The notes below the pieces were generated by a model. That model was not told the origin of the DNA. It made no database searches and saw only the letters and a program-made list of their open reading frames with translations. From an uncultured Acidimicrobiia bacterium (GTDB lineage: Bacteria; Acidobacteriota; Terriglobia; Versatilivoradales; Versatilivoraceae), in assembly GCA_963786955.1 (NCBI GenBank), contig CAWBAT010000002.1, positions 32,001 through 96,000 of the forward strand: a DNA stretch of 64,000 bases, read 5' to 3'. Shown in pieces: positions 10,488 to 18,825 of the stretch. Positions within the stretch are counted from its first letter, which is position 1. Each line of letters opens with the position of its first letter. Both the position numbers and the translations under genes were made by a program.

Positions 10488-10655
10488 GTTAACTGTTAAT
10501 TCGTATCTTTGAGTAACAGGTTCGTAATCGTAAAGGAAGGTCGAACTTCTCAATCTCAATTTTCTTTAACGTGACTAGTCTAGTCTTTAAAACTATGAAT
10601 CGCCGTTACTGTGTCATTCTATTTATCTTACATCATAAATCAAAGACTGCACAAA

Positions 10656-10684
10656 TTGACAATTCTTTTCGCCTGGGCTAGACT
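10656..10684 (+). promoter_or_regulatory. Putative sigma70 promoter for the sugar transferase gene
   Basis: TTGACA-N17-TAGACT. Confidence 0.55.
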
Positions 10685-10874
10685 CGCCATTCATTTAGTC
10701 GGCAAATTCGTCCAAAAAATGAGCTTAATCATTGAACGGAATTTTCTGTTCTTGCTGTTAGTTTAGAAGATAAAGCGTCTTGGGCCTCTTACTATTCGAG
10801 GCATGGCTCTCCCCTCCGAGTGGCTTTCCTCATATTCACCTCCGCTCCTGATGTGAAGAGCAACGAATCGGCGT

Positions 10875-12290
10875 ATGATTCAGAAAAAGTACCGCATTGC
10901 AGTTGCCACCTACGCACTCTTTGAGTCCTTCGTTACAGCACTTTCCTTTGTTGCTGCCTACTACCTTCGAACTCAGCTTCCGGGCGAGTTTTTTGGCAAG
11001 GTTTTCCCATTTAAGGACTACCTAGGCTTGTTGATAGTGGTCATCCTGTTGTGGATCATCCTATTTTTCCTGGTCCGCCAGAGAAAGGCTGACTTTGCGG
11101 AAGATTGGGTTGAAGTGACGCAGGAGATTCTGTTAACAGTTATTACAGGAACGGTTCTGATCAGTGCAGCCATCTTTATCCTCAAGTACGATTTTATTAG
11201 TCGTCCCTTCATCGTTATCTTCGCTGTGATCAATTTCATGTTCCTGTCTGGTTTCCGCTACTTCACAAAGTCCGGCGCCAGCCATTTTAAGAGGATCCTT
11301 GCCGGGGAGAGACGGGTGCTGATCGTGGGAACAGAGGAAAGGGCAGGGGAAGTCGCAGAAGTGCTCGAGGCGGCACAACAATGGGGATATAAGCTCGTGG
11401 GCGTCGTGCAAGAATCACCCCAAGCTCTGCTGGACGAAAGACTTAAGAGGTATTCGCTCATTCCCCTGGACATGGTCCCTACAGTCCTGAACGAGCATGT
11501 TATCGATGAAGTAATTTTTGCCGTATCAAAAGAAGCCTTAGCTCGCCTGGAAGAGATTTTTCTCCTCTGTGAAGAGGATGGAATCAAGACTCGGGTCATG
11601 CTCAGCTTTTTCCCTCATGTCACGTCGAAAATCTATTTAGAAGCTCTCAAAGGCCTTCCGCTGCTGACGTTTTCGACGACCCCAGAAAACGACTATCTTC
11701 TTTTTATCAAAAGCACGATCGATCTTCTATTGGCGTCCCTCTTCATGGTCGCCCTTTTCCCTTTGTTGCTCCTGATTACCATTCTCATCAAATTGACTTC
11801 CCGAGGGCCTGCTATCTTTACGCAAGTGCGTTGCGGGCTGGGAGGCAGAAGATTTGACTTATTTAAGTTCCGATCCATGATCTCGAATGCCGAAGAGGTC
11901 CGGGATGATCTCCAACATTTAAATGAAATGACAGGGCCCGTATTTAAGCTCAGTAAAGACCCGCGATGCACTCCACTAGGAAGATGGCTGAGGAAATTCA
12001 GTCTGGACGAGCTTCCTCAATTGATCAACATTTTGAAAGGGGATATGTCATTTGTCGGGCCGCGGCCCCCGCTTCCCGAGGAAGTCGAACGGTACGAGCG
12101 CTGGCAGCGAAGACGCTTGCGAATGAAACCCGGGTTGACCTGTCTCTGGCAGGTGCAAGGGCGAAACGAGATTGATTTTGAAGAATGGATGCGACTGGAT
12201 CTTCATTATATCGATAACTGGTCACTGTTTCTGGATTTAAAGATCATCTTACAGACCATCCCGATAGTCCTTCTGGGCAGGGGTCGTTAA
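10875..12290 (+). CDS. Polyprenyl-phosphate glycosylphosphotransferase (WcaJ/WbaP-like priming glycosyltransferase)
   Basis: Four N-terminal TM helices, a CoA-binding-like domain, and C-terminal motifs KFRSM, SLDELPQLINILKGDMSFVGPRP and KPGLTCLWQV. Confidence 0.93.
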   Translation: MIQKKYRIAVATYALFESFVTALSFVAAYYLRTQLPGEFFGKVFPFKDYLGLLIVVILLWIILFFLVRQRKADFAEDWVEVTQEILLTVITGTVLISAAIFILKYDFISRPFIVIFAVINFMFLSGFRYFTKSGASHFKRILAGERRVLIVGTEERAGEVAEVLEAAQQWGYKLVGVVQESPQALLDERLKRYSLIPLDMVPTVLNEHVIDEVIFAVSKEALARLEEIFLLCEEDGIKTRVMLSFFPHVTSKIYLEALKGLPLLTFSTTPENDYLLFIKSTIDLLLASLFMVALFPLLLLITILIKLTSRGPAIFTQVRCGLGGRRFDLFKFRSMISNAEEVRDDLQHLNEMTGPVFKLSKDPRCTPLGRWLRKFSLDELPQLINILKGDMSFVGPRPPLPEEVERYERWQRRRLRMKPGLTCLWQVQGRNEIDFEEWMRLDLHYIDNWSLFLDLKIILQTIPIVLLGRGR

Positions 12291-12392
12291 ACCGAATTTT
12301 TACCGCCAGTGAAAACAGACACACTGTGTTTTTGAGGAATGCCTTTCGCCGGGCGGGGATGAATCATTGAGAATGCTTCATGCCTACAAGGG

Positions 12393-12420
12393 TTGTAGGC
12401 CGCATGCCCTCATGCGGCGC
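12393..12420. repeat. GTAG-type REP-like palindrome
   Basis: TTGTAGGCCGCATG-ccct-CATGCGGCGC. It has the same form as the hairpin at 4-31, with a compensatory change in the stem. Confidence 0.65.
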
Positions 12421-12495
12421 TGGTGGTGAGCAATCCGAGTTAGGCCGTGGATGACAGGCTATTGGAATACCGGAGATTAGCTGGGAGTCAACCCC

Positions 12496-14247
12496 CTAAA
12501 CTGTGGATTTGAGAACCAGCAAAGTGAAATCGTCCTGAATCGTGCCATCGGCCGCAAATTCGAGGATTTTCTCTTTGACCAGGAGGGTAATTTCTTGAGC
12601 GCTTAAAGATCGATGAGTACTGGCCAGTTCGAGGAGCCGTTCGACCCCAAATTCTTCTTCATTCTTATCGTAAATTTCCGTAACCCCATCAGTATAAAGC
12701 AGCAGGATTTCGTTTGGCTGGATCTGGACATACCCTTCCCAGTAACTGGCGTCGGCAAACGCTCCCAAGATGAGCCCCCCGGTCTCAAGCTGGGTTGAGC
12801 TTCCGTCAGCGTGGATCAAAAGACCAGGAGTGTGACCGGCATTACAGAAGGTCAGTATGCGGCGCTTTTCATCCAGCACGCCATAAAAAGCGGTGACAAA
12901 CTGATTAGAATCCGTACTCTCCCACAGAAGTTGGTTGACTTTGGCCATTATCGTCCGGATTGAATAATTATTACGAATCTCCGCCAAGAGGCTGGCCCGG
13001 AAGCTGGCCATGATCAGGGCGGAAGGAATCCCTTTGCCCGACACGTCTCCGACCACTAACCCCCATTGTCCTTCGACTATCTTGATGAAATCATAGTGAT
13101 CTCCGCTGACAAGACGCGACGGCAGATTGAGCCCTGCGACTTCAAAGCCTTTGATTTGCGGATTTTGAGCGGGAAGAAAACTCTTTTGAATTTCCCGTGC
13201 AATCGAAATTTCCTGTTCGAGTCGTTTCTTGCTCAGCAACTCGCGATGGAGACGTGCCTTTTCAATTGAAATGGCCACCTGATTGGTAAATTTTTCAAAA
13301 AGCTCCAAATCATAAGCCGTGTAGACATCGGGTTCACGACTCTCCAGCGTGAACACCCCAATCATCCTCTTGTTACTAAAGATGGGAGCCACCATCGCCG
13401 AATTCAACTTCCTCTCCAGGCTGGTCGGCTCCTGAGACTGGCGTCCCTCTTTCAAAATCACCGCCTTTTCCGTTTTGATCACCACCTGCAGCGCTTCTCG
13501 TCCCGCCTGCATCAGTTCGTCTTGCTCCACCGTCTGGTCATAACCATACACGACCATGCGTTGAATATCTTTGGTGCTTCGCTCTAACAAATAGATCCCG
13601 GCGGCGTCATAAGGGATCAGAGCGCGCAAGGAGTCGATAATCAAGTCCAATAGTTCATCGAGCTCGAGAGACGCGCTAATTTTCTCGCTGACTTCAGCCA
13701 GCTTCTTCTCTTCCAAGCTAATCCGTTCGGTTTGCTCGCGCAGTCTGAAATAGTTCAATCCTGTTGCAATCTGGTAGGAAATCACCCTCAGGTAGCGCAA
13801 TTCCGCCTCGGTAAAGCGAGTGGATTGTTCCGAGAAAAACACTTCAACAACCCCGAGGACTTCGCCTCGGCGAATGAGAGGCGAAGCCAGCACATGTTCA
13901 GATGTCACCCCGAAGGCCTGGAAGATTGTTCGTGAAGGGCCGTATTCCTGTAAGCTCTCGACGCGTCGAGAGAGATGGCTGGCGGCCACGACCCCTGCCA
14001 AGCCTTCTCCCACCTTTAGCTTAAACTCCGTGAGAACCGGCTCGCTCCCCGGAGAGTAGTAGACCAATTCATCACGGTAGAAATCAAAAATGGAGACGAG
14101 AATCTCCGAACATTCGAATTCCTCCTGGATGAGAAGATTGACGTTTTCGAGGAGAGCTTGAAGCACTGGGGCGGACTGCAGTTCCTCGTGGATCTTTCCC
14201 AGGACGGTTGTTTTTGTTTCAATCGGAATTTCTGAAAATTTTAACAT
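12496..14247 (-). CDS. GAF-GAF-PP2C (SpoIIE/RsbU-like) serine phosphatase
   Basis: Two GAF domains, then AREIQKSFLP, VSGDHYDF, GDVSGKG, LLLYTDGVTE and DDFTLLV. The start was reassigned to the ATG at 14247 to avoid overlapping the QueC-like gene. Confidence 0.9.
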   Translation of the reverse strand: MLKFSEIPIETKTTVLGKIHEELQSAPVLQALLENVNLLIQEEFECSEILVSIFDFYRDELVYYSPGSEPVLTEFKLKVGEGLAGVVAASHLSRRVESLQEYGPSRTIFQAFGVTSEHVLASPLIRRGEVLGVVEVFFSEQSTRFTEAELRYLRVISYQIATGLNYFRLREQTERISLEEKKLAEVSEKISASLELDELLDLIIDSLRALIPYDAAGIYLLERSTKDIQRMVVYGYDQTVEQDELMQAGREALQVVIKTEKAVILKEGRQSQEPTSLERKLNSAMVAPIFSNKRMIGVFTLESREPDVYTAYDLELFEKFTNQVAISIEKARLHRELLSKKRLEQEISIAREIQKSFLPAQNPQIKGFEVAGLNLPSRLVSGDHYDFIKIVEGQWGLVVGDVSGKGIPSALIMASFRASLLAEIRNNYSIRTIMAKVNQLLWESTDSNQFVTAFYGVLDEKRRILTFCNAGHTPGLLIHADGSSTQLETGGLILGAFADASYWEGYVQIQPNEILLLYTDGVTEIYDKNEEEFGVERLLELASTHRSLSAQEITLLVKEKILEFAADGTIQDDFTLLVLKSTV

Positions 14248-14302
14248 GGTGCTCAAAATTTTTTCGCCAAAATAACTTAAAGGGGAACCGTCGAGTCCGC
14301 GC

Positions 14303-14992
14303 TTATCCATCAAGCGGTGGAGTGGCGGAATATTCGGTCCTGTCCTCGACCTTTGCGATTTTGAAGGACCGCCTGCGTTCCGCGCACTTATTGCAGGCGC
14401 CACAATGGAGATCTCCGATAGGGTGAATACAAGAGAAACTCAAGTGTAAGGGAAGGTGACGGCCCAATGCGATAACGTCCGGCTTGGAATAATTCGAGAA
14501 AGGGGTAAGGATCTGGAGTGGCATGCCCAAAGCGAGTTCTGCATTTTCGGCAAAGCGCTTGAGGAAATTCGGCGAACTGTCAGAAAAAGGGTTGCCCTTC
14601 AAAAGACCCATTGCCACGGTCGGAATCTGATTCATGGCACAAAAAACTGCGGTCTTTGACAACAAAAGTAGATTTCTCCCAGGCAAATAAACCTCCAGGT
14701 CGTCAGACCGATAATCGGGAGTTTCATTCCCGGTGGTGCTCCAGTGGCCGCCATAGAGATCTTCCAACGGCAGGGCAATTTGTTTTAAAGGCAAGATGGA
14801 TCCGGAGCCTAGCCGATTGAAGAATTTTTCGATCCAATAAATTTCAACGGGTTCCCATAAGAGCCCGCTCCGGACGTAAACAGGGTAAACTTCAGAGTGA
14901 AGCTCTGCCATTCGGGCCACCAGAACACAACTGTCAAGCCCTCCACTCACCAAAACGCATATCGTGTTGCGACGACGGGAATCTGTTTTCAA
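14303..14992 (-). CDS. queC: QueC-like PP-loop ATPase (7-cyano-7-deazaguanine synthase family)
   Basis: PP-loop SGGLDS, YLPGRN and Zn-binding SC-x7-HCGACNKC. It lacks the canonical YGQRH and YPDC motifs, so it may be a divergent paralogue. Confidence 0.7.
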   Translation of the reverse strand: MKTDSRRRNTICVLVSGGLDSCVLVARMAELHSEVYPVYVRSGLLWEPVEIYWIEKFFNRLGSGSILPLKQIALPLEDLYGGHWSTTGNETPDYRSDDLEVYLPGRNLLLLSKTAVFCAMNQIPTVAMGLLKGNPFSDSSPNFLKRFAENAELALGMPLQILTPFSNYSKPDVIALGRHLPLHLSFSCIHPIGDLHCGACNKCAERRRSFKIAKVEDRTEYSATPPLDG

Positions 14993-15564
14993 TAATGACC
15001 CGAGTCTTTACCTGTTTTATCCGGGCATGCGACCCTTCACAAGGACAATAGTCAGGGCATTTACCGGGCTACCAGGAATTGCATCCCCAACCGGCGTCCT
15101 TTGGCCGGGACCGGAAAAATTCTACCGTCGATGCCTCACAGGGGTAAAGGAAATTCCGCCCGATGAGGACTCGCCGACCGGGCTTCAGGACTTTCGAAAA
15201 AAAATCTAGACAATCCGGGAACTGCTGGCATAATCTCAAATCGTTCGCCTATTATTCGAGTCGTTTGAATGTTTTCGCCCTCACAATCATTTTCTGTGAG
15301 CATGATACGATCGTCTTGCGGTTCCTGAAACTGCCGTCTGGCCCCGTACTTCCTAGTGCTTGAGCAACACGAGTTCAATTCGGCAAATCCACTATTTACA
15401 ACGTGGTTCAACGGAGAACCGCGGGTTTGAAATTGGGAAGATAACAGATGCTTCGGTCGGGATGCAATGACGCATCCACAAATCGAAACAAAGAAGGAAC
15501 GATAAAGAGTCGGTTCTCATAGAAGGTTTCTGAGTGACACAAATTCCGAATCGAGGTTTGAGAT

Positions 15565-16956
15565 ATGAATTCTCCAAAGTATTCTCTCCTTTCCCGTTTT
15601 TTGTTTCTGATCCTTTGTTTGCTGGTGTTGGTCCCTTCTTTTGCGCTGGCCCTTCAGTCGACGGAAACGGCCGCACCAACGGTGGCGGCGACAACCCCTG
15701 CTCCTAAGATTGATACCGGAGACACTGCTTGGATGCTGACTTCAAGCGCATTGGTCCTGCTGATGACTCCGGGACTTGCTTTATTCTATGGAGGGATGGT
15801 TCGCCGCAAAAATGTGTTGGGGACCATGTTACAGAGCTTCATCCTTGTGGCTGTCATCAGTGTGTTGTGGGCTTTTTACGGCTACAGTCTGTCCTTCCAT
15901 GAAGGTTCATTTTGGGGAGGATTTAAATGGAGTTTTTTGAATGGCGTTGGAGCCGATCCCGATCCCTATGGCTATGCTGGAACAATTCCGCATCAGGTCT
16001 ATATGGTATTTCAATTGATGTTTGCGATCATCACCCCGGCCCTGATTACGGGAGCGTTTGCCGAGCGCATGAAGTTCAGCGCGATGCTCCTGTTTATGAT
16101 TCTCTGGGCCACGTTTGTTTATGATCCCTTGGCCCACTGGGTTTGGGGGAAGGGAGGGTGGTTGCGTTACGGGGATCCAGCAGCCGTTTTTGGAGCACTC
16201 GACTTTGCCGGTGGAACCGTAGTGCATATCAGCTCAGGAGTGTCCGCGCTGGTTGTCGCGTTGGTCATCGGCCGACGTTTGGGATTTGGGAGCGAACCAT
16301 TTATTCCACACAATCTTACGATGACCTTGACGGGGACAGGTCTTCTCTGGTTTGGTTGGTTTGGCTTTAATGCAGGGAGCGCGGTCGCTGCAAACGGTTT
16401 GGCCGCCAGCGCCTTCATTGCCACTCACTTTGCAGCTGCTTCCGCCACTCTGGCCTGGACCTTGGCCGAGTGGGTATTTAAGGGAAAACCGAGTGCCTTA
16501 GGCGCTGTGTCTGGGGCGGTTGCCGGACTCGTGGGGATTACCCCCGCCTCTGGATACGTGAGCCCCATGGGCGCACTGGCCATTGGCGCAGTGACTGGCT
16601 TTGTTTGCTTCCTGGCAACCTCGTACATGAAGAATCGACTTGGATACGATGACTCACTCGATGCGTTTGGCGTTCATGGTGTCGGGGGGACTGTAGGCGC
16701 TCTGCTGACCGGCCTATTTGCGTCCACTGCGATCAACTCGGCCGCAGCGAACGGGCTTTTCTACGGAAATCCTAAACAATTGCTCAATCAGGTCGTGGCG
16801 GTCCTTGTCACCTGGATTTACTGCATCGTCATGTCCCTGGTCATCATTAAAGTCGTCGACCTTCTGGTAGGATTGCGCGTCACGGCTGATGAGGAGATTG
16901 AGGGTCTTGATAGTTCTCAACACGGCGAAAGCGGCTACAATCTCGAGGAAGCTTAG
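15565..16956 (+). CDS. amtB: Ammonium transporter (Amt family)
   Basis: Motifs DTAWML, MTPGLALFYGG, FQLMFAIIT, DFAGGTVVH, WFGWFGFNAGS and DDSLDAFGVHG. RBS-like sequence upstream. Confidence 0.96.
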   Translation: MNSPKYSLLSRFLFLILCLLVLVPSFALALQSTETAAPTVAATTPAPKIDTGDTAWMLTSSALVLLMTPGLALFYGGMVRRKNVLGTMLQSFILVAVISVLWAFYGYSLSFHEGSFWGGFKWSFLNGVGADPDPYGYAGTIPHQVYMVFQLMFAIITPALITGAFAERMKFSAMLLFMILWATFVYDPLAHWVWGKGGWLRYGDPAAVFGALDFAGGTVVHISSGVSALVVALVIGRRLGFGSEPFIPHNLTMTLTGTGLLWFGWFGFNAGSAVAANGLAASAFIATHFAAASATLAWTLAEWVFKGKPSALGAVSGAVAGLVGITPASGYVSPMGALAIGAVTGFVCFLATSYMKNRLGYDDSLDAFGVHGVGGTVGALLTGLFASTAINSAAANGLFYGNPKQLLNQVVAVLVTWIYCIVMSLVIIKVVDLLVGLRVTADEEIEGLDSSQHGESGYNLEEA

Positions 16957-16988
16957 CTCACTGGGCTGGTTTGGGCATGGATGAAATA

Positions 16989-17169
16989 AATGGCCGCGAA
17001 TAAACGCGGATAAACGCAAATAGGTCTCCCATGTCAAACCCCGCAGTTGCTTGCAGGGATTTTGAAAGTTCGACGCGCAAACAATCGAATATGCTTCGAT
17101 CTTGCTTTGGGCATCGGGAGTTTCGAGAGCTTCAATATTCGCGTTTATTTGCGTTCATTTGCGGCCATT
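16989..17169. repeat. Inverted repeat built from 10-nt tandem units (MITE/REP-like)
   Basis: Arm 16989-17022 (AATGGCCGCGAATAAACGCGGATAAACGCAAATA) matches the reverse complement of 17136-17169 at 29 of 34 positions. Confidence 0.8.
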
Positions 17170-17187
17170 CATAATCGTAGTCGTCCC

Positions 17188-18519
17188 TTAAATATGTTTG
17201 GCGAAGACGAGTCCTTCCATTAGCTTGGGATGGAAGTGGGTCGATTTTTGGGGAAGGACATCTCCTGCTTCAACGACCGCTTTCACCATTTCGACTGGCG
17301 TCGGGTTTAAGAGAAAAGCGCACTGGTAACCCTTCTTATCGACCATCCTGACGGCTTCTTCGTGCTGGCTCGCGTACTCCAGGTGGCTCTGATCAGTGAG
17401 TTGCTGATCCGTTATTCCGAGCAGTCCCCCCAAGATCATGACCTGAAGAATCGAGACATCGAGCTTCCTCCAGGTTTCACTCTTATCTGCAGGCCATTGG
17501 ACGCGTTCGAGTCCGCTTGCCCTGAGTTTAAGCAATAAAAACCGACGCAGGGAAGGCAAGTAGACGACTAAAGCGTTCGCTCCAGCGTGTTGCTGTTTGT
17601 GGGAGAGCGCGACGATGAAGTCAAGGGTGGATATCTGATTGTCGGGGCCGTAGGGATATTCTTCAACGACGAAGGAATCTCTAAGACGTTCAATCAAACT
17701 CGCTGGGCTGAAACCTTTCAAGCTATGAACCAAACGGTGAATGGGGAAAATGGTGATGCCGGCGGATTCGAGTCGCACAAAGCTCATGATCTTGTATCGG
17801 TACTTTTCCCAGCGCGGATCTTGGGCGATTCGCGGTTTGACCTCTTCCTGGAACATCTGAGCGACTTCATAACGGTGATGACCGTCTGCGATAATGACGC
17901 TCTTGTTCGACATCATCTCCTGGATTTTTCCGGTTAGAGCAGTGTCCGTTATCCGCCAGAGTTGATTGACCTCCTCGTTCAGGTCCAGAGCACTCATGAG
18001 GGGCGCACTGGACGTAGCTTGATCTAACAGATTCTCAACTTCTCCGGCAGGGTCGCTGTATAACATGAAGACCAGTCCCGTATCGGCAAGGGTTGCCCGC
18101 AGCAGATTCAAGCGATCTTGCTTAGGCTTTGCCAATGTTCTTTCATGAGGGAGCACAATTCGCTCAGAATAGTCCGTGACCTCTCCTAATGCAAGGAAGC
18201 CCTTGCGGCACCGTTCTTCGCCTTCGACGAGATAGTTTTGGAAATAGGGATAAAAACCGGGGACGTGATCTTGTAAGAAGATTCCATCCCGAATCCATTG
18301 ATCTAGGACAGCCTGGGAACGAGTGTATCGATTATCCTTCTCAGAATCGGAAGAGGTTTCCTTATTCATAATGATCCGCGCAATATTGTAAGGATGGCGA
18401 TTGTACAGGCGATCATCCATCCCCTCCTTGTACTGATCATAGGGAGGAGAGATCACCTCATCAAGCGATTGGATCTTTGAAGAGTTAAAGCGGTAACCGC
18501 AAAACGGGATAATTTTCAT
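17188..18519 (-). CDS. DUF1015 family protein
   Basis: Motifs SPPYD, PHERTL, IADGHHRYE and PQKSTHFHPKL. Confidence 0.88.
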   Translation of the reverse strand: MKIIPFCGYRFNSSKIQSLDEVISPPYDQYKEGMDDRLYNRHPYNIARIIMNKETSSDSEKDNRYTRSQAVLDQWIRDGIFLQDHVPGFYPYFQNYLVEGEERCRKGFLALGEVTDYSERIVLPHERTLAKPKQDRLNLLRATLADTGLVFMLYSDPAGEVENLLDQATSSAPLMSALDLNEEVNQLWRITDTALTGKIQEMMSNKSVIIADGHHRYEVAQMFQEEVKPRIAQDPRWEKYRYKIMSFVRLESAGITIFPIHRLVHSLKGFSPASLIERLRDSFVVEEYPYGPDNQISTLDFIVALSHKQQHAGANALVVYLPSLRRFLLLKLRASGLERVQWPADKSETWRKLDVSILQVMILGGLLGITDQQLTDQSHLEYASQHEEAVRMVDKKGYQCAFLLNPTPVEMVKAVVEAGDVLPQKSTHFHPKLMEGLVFAKHI

Positions 18520-18825
18520 TGAATCACTCGGGAATTGGATTTGGATAAAAGGGGCAAAGATCCGGGATTCTTCAGTTGAATCAAACGTGGCTTTTATGAT
18601 TTTGAACTTTTCTCTATCATTGTAACTCTACTTCGATGGGTCCTTGGTGCAGCACCGGTATCACCGCAGAGTCAAGCGAGAGTAACGAATCTAAGAGTTG
18701 ATGTCAACGGAGGCAAATCGCCAACAGTAGGTTAGTTTCCCAAAACGGCGTAACTCGAGGGCAATCCCGAGATGTGCCGCCGAATCGCGGTTGGGTTATA
18801 GCCTTGACAACAGGAGAATCGTCTC

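Noticed and set aside
14993-15564. preQ1 or cobalamin riboswitch upstream of queC, or a sigma54/NtrC promoter for amt
   Set aside because: No consensus aptamer was recognisable. The best sigma54-like match (TGGCCCCGTACTTCC) lacks the conserved -12 GC. An Rfam scan would settle this.
16989-17169. CRISPR array
   Set aside because: The repeats are short tandem decamers in inverted arms with no unique spacers, and there are no cas genes.
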